Made by a program: the position numbers and the translations under genes
Shown here: in pieces, positions 9,366 through 17,428 of the stretch
How positions within the stretch are numbered: position 1 is the first letter of the stretch
Layout of the letters: each line of letters begins with the position of its first letter
The notes under the pieces: model-generated
What the model was told of the DNA's origin: nothing
The model's database searches: none
Seen by the model: only the letters and a program-made list of their open reading frames with translations
Source: Thermoproteota archaeon
Lineage (GTDB): Archaea; Asgardarchaeota; Jordiarchaeia; Jordiarchaeales; Freyrarchaeaceae
DNA: 28,813 nucleotides
Direction of reading: 5' to 3'
NCBI GenBank assembly: GCA_029258835.1
Contig: JAPDJY010000052.1
Coordinates: 1 to 28,813, forward strand

Positions 9366-11330
9366 ATGGCTGAAAAAGAAGGAAAAGCAGAGGAGCTAGC
9401 TATCGGCGTCTACGTGTGCAAGTGAGGAGTTAACATCGGCGCCGTCGTGGACACAGAGGCTGTAGCGGAGTTTGCAAGCAAGCTACCGAATGTGAAGGTC
9501 GCTAAGACGTACTCGTTCTTCTGCTCAGACCCCGGACAGAAGATAATCAAGGACGACATTGAAAATCAGGGAATTAACAGGGTTGTGATTGCCGCGTGTA
9601 CACCCAAAATTCACGAGCCGACATATAGGACGCTGCTACAGTCGGCTGGGCTTAGCCCTTATTTCCTAGAGATGGTAAACCTGCGGGAGCATTGCTCTTG
9701 GGTGCACATGGCTGACCCGCAAGCTGCAACGGAAAAGGCGAAGAAGCTTGTGGCAGCAGGCGTTGCAAGGGCGAGGCTGCTGGAGGACGTACCTCAAAAG
9801 AGGATACCGGTGGAGCCTGCCGTGATGGTTATCGGTGGAGGCATTGCAGGTATAAGTGCCGCCCTGAGCGTGGCAAACCAAGGGATTAAAGTGTACCTTG
9901 TTGAGAAGGAAGCAACCATCGGCGGGTTGGCGGTCCGCTTAGACAGAACGTTTCCAACCGATGACTGTGCAATCTGAATATTAGCTCCTAAGATGGTTGA
10001 AGTAGCAAAGCACCCGAACATAGAGATACTCTCCTACACTGAGGTGCTGGAGGTGAAGGGGAACCCTGGAGCGTACAGGGTGAAGCTGCTTAAGAAGCCA
10101 CGTTACGTGGATGAGGCGAAGTGTACGGGATGCGGTAGTTGCATGGAGGTATGCCCGGTTGCTGTACCTGATGAGTTCAACTACGGTTTAGGGTACAGGA
10201 AGGCGATATACATACCGTTCCCACAGGCCGTGCCGAAGGTGGCGCTTATTTCAATGGACGACTGCATAGGATGTAAGTCGTGTCAGAAAGAGTGCAAGGC
10301 GGAGGCTATAGACTATGATCAGCAGCCGCAGGAAATAGAGTTAACTGTTGGAAGCATAATAGTAGCTACAGGATTCGAAATATACGATATAGCTAAGTAT
10401 GGAGATTACGGATACGGAAGGTTCGAGAACGTTATAACGCAGATAGAGCTTGAAAGAATGTTAAGTCCAACGGGACCGACGGGAGGCGAGCTAGTCAGGG
10501 TTTCAGACGGAAGACACCCTAAACGCATAGGGATGATCCAGTGTGTTGGGTCGCGGGACGTTAAAAGGAACCCATATTGTTCTGAGGTCTGCTGCATGGT
10601 AGCTGTTAAAAACGCCAAGCTCATAAAACAGCATTACCCCGATGCTGAAGTCATAGTATTCTACATGGACATTAGAGGTATAGATGAAGGACATGAAGAG
10701 TACTATGCGGCAACGAGGGAGTATGGAGTTGTCTTCGTAAGAGGAAGGGTTGCAGACGTAATAGAAGACCCGGAAACAAAGAACATCAAGCTCTTCGTTG
10801 AAAACACTCTGACAGGAGAGCTACTTGAAACCGAAGTAGACCTTTTAGTTCTCTCGGCTGCTGTTGTGCCTTCAGAGGGAACCAAACAGATAGGCCAGAT
10901 CTTAGGCCTCGAGAGGAGGCCAAGCGGGTTCCTTGCGCCACAACATGTTGCGTTAAACCCACAGGAAACTAAAACACCAGGAATATACATCTGTGGGGCA
11001 GCATCAGGGCCAAAAAACATACCTTACGCGGTTTCAAGCGCTAGGGCAGCTGCAGCAGCGGCGGCTGCATGGACGCTTTCAGGAGAAGTCGCGGTTGAAC
11101 TAATAACCCCTGAAGTTAACGAGGAGTTATGTGTTGGCTGCAGACGCTGCGAAAGGACATGTCCCTTCGGAGCCATAAAGGTCATAGAGGGAAAAGCAGT
11201 AGTTAATGAAATACAGTGCAAGGGTTGTGGTACATGCGTTGCATCGTGTCCAGCGCATGCACTAGACTTGCGGTACTACAGAGACAAGCAGCTTATAGAG
11301 GAAATAGAGGCGGCCATCAGAACACTTTAA
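9366..11330 (+). CDS. hdrA: Heterodisulfide reductase subunit A, selenoprotein (654 aa; Sec20 at TGA 9423-9425, Sec204 at TGA 9975-9977)
   Basis: One continuous frame joining ORFs 9447-9977 and 9993-11330. IGVYVCK-U-GVNI and FPTDDCAI-U-ILAPKM put both TGAs at conserved HdrA Cys sites. Also GGGIAG FAD motif, ferredoxin motifs, QCVGSRD and YCSEVCC. Confidence 0.93.
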
Positions 11331-11333
11331 GAA

Positions 11334-11409
11334 GGTCCTAGCCGATGGCCACACCGGCGAAAGCATCAGACCGGTGTTGGGAGGCTCTGGCTTAAGCGGC
11401 CAGAGGACC
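11334..11409 (+). promoter_or_regulatory. Putative SECIS element in the hdrA 3' UTR (variant ATGG...GA core)
   Basis: Outer stem GGTCCT/AGGACC; helix AGCC/GGCT; GATGG...GGGA core; stem ACACCGG/CCGGTGT with apical CGAAAGCATCAGA; second hairpin CTGGCT-TAAGC-GGCCAG. Confidence 0.65.
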
Positions 11410-11583
11410 ATCATCTCCTTCTTATAAACTAATTTCAATTGTTCTAAAACCCCAAAGGGAAAGGACGATATTTTTTTAGATGTTGGGAAGTGAAGGGGGA
11501 TCCGTGAGGTTTAGTGGTTAGGGGATAGACGGCAGTAAATGTTATATTTATGAGGGGTAAAGATTCCCCCGGAGGTATCTGGA

Positions 11584-11997
11584 ATGCCTGCGACACGTTT
11601 CAACATAATTGCGTTTTGCTGTTGGAAGTGAGGCTATGGAGCTAGCGACTTGACAGGGGTTTCCAGGGTGCAGTATGATCCTTCGATAATGATTGTAAGG
11701 GTTAAATGCACTGGCAGAGTAGATGTTAAGCATATCTTAGAAGCTATTAGAAAAGGTGCTGACGGTGTCATGGTTGTAGGATGACACCCAGGTGAGTGTG
11801 ACTTTGGAGATGGGAACATAAAGGCACGTCGACGGGTGGAGTTCGCTAAAAAGGTATTGGATAAAGTGGGTCTTGGAGGAGACAGGGTTAACATGTACAA
11901 TGTTTCGGCGGCGGAAGTTGGACGGTTTAAGGCAGCTGTGGACGAGATGATTAGAAAGCTGGAAGTACTTGGCCCTAATCCATTAAGGGAAAGCTGA
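11584..11997 (+). CDS. vhuD: Hydrogenase Fe-S subunit MvhD/VhuD, selenoprotein (137 aa; Sec16 at TGA 11629-11631, Sec67 at TGA 11782-11784); absent from the ORF track
   Basis: Manual translation MPATRFNIIAFCCWK-U-GYGASDLTGVSRVQY...RVKCTGRVD...GADGVMVVG-U-HPGECDF...LGPNPL matches the MvhD pattern (FCCxxC, CxGRV, GADGV..GCHPGxC). GGAGGT SD at 11571. Confidence 0.93.
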
Positions 11998-12005
11998 AAT
12001 ACTCC

Positions 12006-12075
12006 TTTGGGATGAGCCTCAAGCTGAAAGCTCCGTGCTTGAGGTGACTGGCCCTCGTAAGCGGTGGGCCTCAAA
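12006..12075 (+). promoter_or_regulatory. Eukaryote-like SECIS element in the vhuD 3' UTR
   Basis: ATGA (12012-12015), 9-bp stem GCCTCAAGC/GCTTGAGGT, apical TGAAAGCTCCGT, GA (12046-12047); then hairpin GGCCCTCG-TAAG-CGGTGGGCC; outer TTTG/CAAA. Confidence 0.8.
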
Positions 12076-12127
12076 ACTTAAGTTCCTTTAAGCCCCTGAG
12101 GAGCGAGGAATATTAAAGGTTAGATGG

Positions 12128-13585
12128 TTGTTGGCTTTCAGTTTACTGGAGGTACCGGATTTGGAGGGGTTCAGGAAGAAGGTGGATGCAATCGTTGAAG
12201 CCGCCGACAGCTTCAGGGTAAGGGCGTTCTTCTACGGAGAAGAAGAGGTAATTAATGCAGGAAAACTTACTAAGGAGGAATTTGATAGATACCTAGAATA
12301 CCTACTTGATGATGAGTTTAAAAGACGGATTGTTTTGAAGATTATATGCGAGGAGGGCGAAGCAACTATAGGTCAAATAGCCGACAAGGCAGGTTTCTCA
12401 AGGATTGAAGTATTAAAACATGTTAATTTGCTGGAGTACGAGGGGAATGTTAAAAGAAGGGGAAGTAATGGAAACGCGGTTTTCACAGCGAGTGAAGGGA
12501 AGACTAGGTCTGCCTACGAAAAAATAAAGTTTATCGTGGACGCAGGGCTTTGCACGGGATGTGGAAGCTGTGTTTCAGCGTGTCCTGTTTCGGCCATAAG
12601 GTTTGCTGATGAAAAACCAATGATTGATGAGGAGACATGCATCGGATGCGGGATCTGCAACGTTCACTGCCCTAGAACGTTTCTTCCAGCTAGCTTGCTT
12701 GGAGAAATCGTTAAGGGCGAACCGGTGGACTTAGAGGTGGAGCCACTTTCCTACTTTAGGAAGGCGTACACTGCTCAGTCAGCAAAGGAAAAAATAAGGA
12801 TGGTCTGCCAGGACGGAGGGGTAGTAACAGCCCTTCTTGCATATCTCTTCGATCAAAACATTATAGACTGTGCTATAGGAGTAAGGAGGGCAAGCGAGGA
12901 TTGGAGGCCAGAGGTAACACTCGTTACGAACATAGACGAGCTGCTCGAAACCGCTGGAACAAAATATACTATTGCCCCTTCCATCTCAGCTTTAAACACT
13001 GTTAAGGAGAAAGGGCTGAGAAGAGTTGCTATAGTCGGAGTTCCCTGCCAGATACATGCGGTTAGGAAAGCTGAAATATACTCGTCAGAACTACTTAGGT
13101 CCTTAGGGGAACCTGTTATTCTTATAGGGATCTTTTGCATGGAGAACTTTAGCCATAAAGCCTTAAGAGAGATAACAGAAAACCACTTAGGGGTTAGCCT
13201 TGAAGACGTTATCAAGTTTAACATTGATAAAGGGAAATTCTTTGCATACACAAAGGAAGGAGAGGAAAAAGCAGTACCAATAAAGGAAATAGCCAAGTTA
13301 GCGAGGCATGCATGCCATTACTGCCCTGACCTGACTAATGAGTTTGCAGATATATCTGTTGGCTCAATAGGGTCAGCGGCTGGGTGGTCAACGGTTCTGG
13401 TGAGAACACAGAAGGGTGAAAAAATATTTGAAGAGGCACTAAAAGCAGGTTACATTACAGCCGAACCATTACCGGAAGCGAGCATGAAAACACTTCAAAA
13501 ACTAGCCAAGGGGAAAAGAGAAAGAAACCTTAACGCCTTAGAGAGAAGAAGAGAAGAGAGACAATACGCAACACTCATTTTGTAG
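12128..13585 (+). CDS. FrhB/FdhB-family F420-interacting subunit with N-terminal winged-helix-like region and 2x[4Fe-4S] ferredoxin domain
   Basis: CTGCGSCVSACP and CIGCGICNVHCP; QDGGVVTALL, AGTKYT, VGVPCQ, GIFCMENF, CHYCPD..ADISVGSIG. HTH-like ATIGQIADKAGFSRIEVLKHVNLLEYEG. Confidence 0.9.
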   Translation: MLAFSLLEVPDLEGFRKKVDAIVEAADSFRVRAFFYGEEEVINAGKLTKEEFDRYLEYLLDDEFKRRIVLKIICEEGEATIGQIADKAGFSRIEVLKHVNLLEYEGNVKRRGSNGNAVFTASEGKTRSAYEKIKFIVDAGLCTGCGSCVSACPVSAIRFADEKPMIDEETCIGCGICNVHCPRTFLPASLLGEIVKGEPVDLEVEPLSYFRKAYTAQSAKEKIRMVCQDGGVVTALLAYLFDQNIIDCAIGVRRASEDWRPEVTLVTNIDELLETAGTKYTIAPSISALNTVKEKGLRRVAIVGVPCQIHAVRKAEIYSSELLRSLGEPVILIGIFCMENFSHKALREITENHLGVSLEDVIKFNIDKGKFFAYTKEGEEKAVPIKEIAKLARHACHYCPDLTNEFADISVGSIGSAAGWSTVLVRTQKGEKIFEEALKAGYITAEPLPEASMKTLQKLAKGKRERNLNALERRREERQYATLIL

Positions 13586-13734
13586 TCAAGTTTAGGTGAG
13601 AAAGTGGTGGCTTCAACATTCCAGCTTCCTTTCTTAAAAAGAGAAACGTCTTTGAACGTTCATTATTCACAGACACTTTCCACAATAACATAATTTGCCA
13701 TATTCAAAAATTTAAGGTTAAAAAGAGGTTGGAA

Positions 13735-14868
13735 TTAGAGGCGCTTGGTTATTATGTTGCCCTCATTATCTTCTATGGTTACTTGGTAGCTTTCGGCTTT
13801 TTCGCTATATTCGAACTCGGCTTCTTGATCGGGTAAAAGAATGCTTATTCCGTGAACGTAGGGTTTGACTTCGAAAAGTTCCTCTTTGATTCCGCTTATC
13901 CGTACCGTGATACCCTTCAGGGTTCTGCCTGATTTGTTCTTAACCTTAAAGCGTGGAGTGGTATTTCCCTGAGACATCGTTACCTCAATGGATTGCGGCT
14001 CTAAGTTGGAGAGAGGTTTAAACTTCTCCGCTACCTCCTCGAAAAGGTGTTCTTCAATTTTTTCCTCCGTTACGACGTTTATTGGTATTTGGAACTTTAC
14101 AGATTCCCCGCTGACCATTGCACATTCCACTTCAAGGTACCATCTAGAGTAGGCGCCGAACGTTAAGGACCAGTAGGTTACCTCTGGCGGCTCCCAGAGG
14201 TAGTTATAGCTTGGCTCAGCATATCCTGGAATCTTTAAGGTGATGAAGCCTGAGCCGGGATTTCGCTCCTCGACGGACATCACCTTCTCACCCGGCTGCT
14301 TTTTAACGTGAGCACATACTGCCCGGTACTGTGGACATGAGCAACGTATATTTGCTTCATGGATAAGGCTGACCGTTAATACTTTAACATTTTGGGTGAA
14401 GTAATTAAGCTTAACTTCGTCCCCAGGTTTAAATGTGTCGCGATCCATTATGAACCGCATTCCTTTAATGCTCATTGACACGGGGGTCGGTTCAGCCGCC
14501 ACCTTCGCTACGAGGGTAACAGGCTTCTCGGCGGATAGACGACGTTCTTCTTCACGGGTTCCCGGCTTCTTCACGGAAAGTACTGCTTTCAAGGTATAAT
14601 TAACTTTGTTGGGGATAGATGGGACGACGCGCCTACTAATGATCAATTCTCTCGAACGAACATACTCGCCTTTGCCTATGACGCCCTCGCAGAAAACTTC
14701 ATTGCTTGCAACCGTGAGCTCGTTGCCACATGGTAACGTAGTGGAGAGGATGAATCCTCCCCACCAGATCTCCATATCCTCGTCTATGTCAAACACTACT
14801 CTAGTCTTTAACGAGCCGCCCACCTCTGCTACATTACTTGAAAACAGCTTTATCGACATGGACCACAA
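13735..14868 (-). CDS. Arrestin/Vps26-fold-like protein (two beta-sandwiches) with the shared C-terminal domain
   Basis: GEYVRSRELIISRRVVPS..VNYTLKAVL resembles the arrestin-N pattern. MDRDTFKPGDEVKL...LKIP...PS...WYLEV...FQIPINV resembles arrestin-C. Cys-rich insert CSCPQYRAVCAH. Assigned by pattern only. Confidence 0.6.
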   Translation of the reverse strand: MWSMSIKLFSSNVAEVGGSLKTRVVFDIDEDMEIWWGGFILSTTLPCGNELTVASNEVFCEGVIGKGEYVRSRELIISRRVVPSIPNKVNYTLKAVLSVKKPGTREEERRLSAEKPVTLVAKVAAEPTPVSMSIKGMRFIMDRDTFKPGDEVKLNYFTQNVKVLTVSLIHEANIRCSCPQYRAVCAHVKKQPGEKVMSVEERNPGSGFITLKIPGYAEPSYNYLWEPPEVTYWSLTFGAYSRWYLEVECAMVSGESVKFQIPINVVTEEKIEEHLFEEVAEKFKPLSNLEPQSIEVTMSQGNTTPRFKVKNKSGRTLKGITVRISGIKEELFEVKPYVHGISILLPDQEAEFEYSEKAESYQVTIEDNEGNIITKRL

Positions 14869-14892
14869 CCCGAAAAAGTTTTGATCAGAAGA

Positions 14893-15813
14893 CTACCTTT
14901 CAGTATGTGCTCTAACAACTAAGTCTGCGAACACCTCCATGTCCTTTAGAAGAGCTTCGACCTTTTCTTCGTCTTCCCTACCGAATTCGCCTGCCTTCAT
15001 TATTAGAACTGCCAATACGTACTTGAACAAGTTTAATATTAATTCCTTGTCGCCGTCCTTAGCTTGACCCGTGAATGATGCCGAGTCGCTCATGAAAAAG
15101 TTTTCCCTCAAGTTGTTGCATGCTGTTATGAAGTCTCTTAAATCCGCTCTGAGCTGCAGGCCGGTGCTGACTCCTTGAACATTGTGAACGATTACGTTTC
15201 CGGCAGTATCGCTTATAATAACTTTCGCCGGGATCTCAGCCAACTGCTTCTGCGCGGTTTCTAAGTGCTTTTGGAGATCCTCGTAGTGGGCCACTAAGAT
15301 GTCTCTAAATATTTCTGCGAGCCTTTCCTGTTCATAGATAGAAGTCACATAGTAACGTGCCTCCCATTCATCGAAGACCTCACTGAAAATTTTTCTTGCA
15401 GCCTCCAAGTTCTTGTCCAGCAGTTCTCTGGCATAGTCTTCAACGTCATACTTGTGGAAGAAGACGTAAATAGACGGTTTAAGACCCTCTTTCTTAAAGA
15501 ATTCAAGCACTTTCTGGAAGTATTTTTTAGCGTCCTCAAACTTGTCTGGGTCATGAAGGTCGATTACAGGGATTAAAATGTCAGTACCAGCGAAAACCTT
15601 AGGGTCGCTAAGATATGACTCGATGTATTGCTCTTGGCCTCCGAAGTCAAACAGGCTCACATCAAGGCCCAGAAAGGGATGCCGCCGAACCTCGTACATC
15701 ACGGTAGGGGCTATGCCTTTCGTTTCCTGAGGTTTTTTCCCGGCAAAAGTTGTTAGATATATACTTGTCTTTCCACTGCCAGCTAGACCTATTAGTGAAA
15801 TCTTCACGCTCAT
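14893..15813 (-). CDS. Rag/Gtr1-like small GTPase with C-terminal roadblock-like domain
   Basis: GLAGSGKTS (G1), APT (G2), FLGLDVSLFDFGGQ (G3), FFHKYD (Rag-type HKxD G4), TSIY (G5); C-terminal VIISDTAGNVI roadblock-like strand. Start placed at ATG 15813 with GGAGGG SD. Confidence 0.88.
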   Translation of the reverse strand: MSVKISLIGLAGSGKTSIYLTTFAGKKPQETKGIAPTVMYEVRRHPFLGLDVSLFDFGGQEQYIESYLSDPKVFAGTDILIPVIDLHDPDKFEDAKKYFQKVLEFFKKEGLKPSIYVFFHKYDVEDYARELLDKNLEAARKIFSEVFDEWEARYYVTSIYEQERLAEIFRDILVAHYEDLQKHLETAQKQLAEIPAKVIISDTAGNVIVHNVQGVSTGLQLRADLRDFITACNNLRENFFMSDSASFTGQAKDGDKELILNLFKYVLAVLIMKAGEFGREDEEKVEALLKDMEVFADLVVRAHTER

Positions 15814-15869
15814 CCCTCCAGCTTCACTATACAGGGGGAAAGGTAAGGGCTTCAAATATATTTGTTTTA

Positions 15870-17369
15870 TTATTTCTTGAGCTCGGACGGTGAAATACGC
15901 TTCATCAGCAGGGTGCCATGCCTATCAGCGACCCTTAGCAGATATTCTCGTTCATTCCGGACGCGTGGATACTTGAACTCAAGCTCCTCTGAGGGATGCC
16001 ATATCTCAATAGTAGTCGTCCAAGCGTTCGTCTCAAACAACTCCTCTACATGTGAAATTCTAACATTTACATCATAAAGGACTTTCCCGGTGTTATTTTT
16101 TAAGATGACTAGAAGGGAAGTACTAGCGTCTGTAAGGGAAGTTTCAACGATCTTAACGGGAACTCTGCCAGCCAACTTAACTACCTGAGCCGACTCCTCT
16201 TCTAATGGTATAGGCCCAGCCTTCAATTCAAGTTCGGCTACTGGAACTTCTGGGGTGCGGACCACATACGTTCTACGTCTCTTGACGGTATATAGTTGAA
16301 CCTTCTTTACACGAGCTAAGTTTAACACGCTCACTAGTCCTTTCCGATCTAAAGGCTCGACTTCCAAGAAACCCTTATCTACAGCCCCTTGAAGAAGCTC
16401 GAGAGCAATAGGTGATCTTACGAGAACTGTTGAGTATCCTTCAGGAGAGCCTACACTTCCAACGGAAATGTCAGCGTCCTCGGATGTTAGGTCAGAGCAG
16501 AAATAGCAGCTTGAAGCCCGATATTTATCCAGCCGGCTTAAGGGGTAAGACGCGGTCTTTCCATCATAGTAAACGTTGAACTTTCCAGCGGAAATGCTCA
16601 TCTTTGAAATAGACGATAATGGGATGCCTTCTTCCTCCTCGAAAAACTCCTTTAAACCTTCATAGGAAAACGAATCCATGCAGAACAGCCCAATTTTTAA
16701 AATGTTCACTCGCATAATGAGGGGAAGAAGACCCATAGGGAAGCCTTGCATCTTTTTAACGGCTGAAATATTGCAGGGGGTTCCAACGAAGGCGATGGAA
16801 GTTAAGCCCTGCTTTATAGCATCAACAAGTGCTTTAACCGTATAGCTATGAGAGTAAACACTACCCGCACCATTCAGAATGTCCTCCTCTGTAGTAGCTA
16901 CCACGGCTACGGGCCTCCAGGGCTCATCCTTACTTTTGTGCGTCACCACGGCTCCGTCGATAAGCCCCTCCCTCAAGGCATAGAGAAGTAAACTGGTAAC
17001 TACACCCCCATCCTGACCACGCACCTCGCTAAGAAGAGACTTAGCCCTGTAAGCGGAAATAAAGCTTCCCACAAGGTCCTCCACCCGCGTCATGGTCCTA
17101 GGACATACATTATAGCAAATGCCGCAGGCTGTGCACTTACCTACCAGTGTTGGACGGCCGTCGATTATTTCTATGGCCCCTTCAGGACACGACGCGACAC
17201 AGGCTGAGCACTCGGTGCATACGCCTGAAAGGATGACATGGTTTTGTAGTCTTCCAAAGTTCTCAAACTTCTTCTCCTTGAGAACACGTTCAGGGTAAAA
17301 GTAACTCACGTATGCATCTTCATTTGGCGTTGACATCGTGTCACCTTCACACGTCTTTTCCGAGCTCAC
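15870..17369 (-). CDS. FrhB-family Fe-S flavoprotein fused to the shared C-terminal domain
   Basis: CTECSACVASCP and CTACGICYNVCP; GQDGGVVTSLL, VGTPCN, GLFCMDSF, CYFCSD..ADISVGSVGS; extra ~140-aa C-terminal extension. Confidence 0.88.
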   Translation of the reverse strand: MSSEKTCEGDTMSTPNEDAYVSYFYPERVLKEKKFENFGRLQNHVILSGVCTECSACVASCPEGAIEIIDGRPTLVGKCTACGICYNVCPRTMTRVEDLVGSFISAYRAKSLLSEVRGQDGGVVTSLLLYALREGLIDGAVVTHKSKDEPWRPVAVVATTEEDILNGAGSVYSHSYTVKALVDAIKQGLTSIAFVGTPCNISAVKKMQGFPMGLLPLIMRVNILKIGLFCMDSFSYEGLKEFFEEEEGIPLSSISKMSISAGKFNVYYDGKTASYPLSRLDKYRASSCYFCSDLTSEDADISVGSVGSPEGYSTVLVRSPIALELLQGAVDKGFLEVEPLDRKGLVSVLNLARVKKVQLYTVKRRRTYVVRTPEVPVAELELKAGPIPLEEESAQVVKLAGRVPVKIVETSLTDASTSLLVILKNNTGKVLYDVNVRISHVEELFETNAWTTTIEIWHPSEELEFKYPRVRNEREYLLRVADRHGTLLMKRISPSELKK

Positions 17370-17428
17370 TTGAACTTTATTGGATGCCTTAATATAAAAA
17401 TTATCAAAAAAAGCTACGCTCTTTCGGG

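Noticed and set aside
9366-11997. hdrA and vhuD as pseudogenes, or genome-wide TGA reassignment
   Set aside because: All four internal stops are TGA at conserved Cys sites with SECIS-like 3' elements, and TGA ends other genes normally (9326, 24226, 25164, 28660).
11634-12074. 146-aa minus-strand ORF (and 11548-11733)
   Set aside because: Antisense shadow of vhuD and its SECIS.
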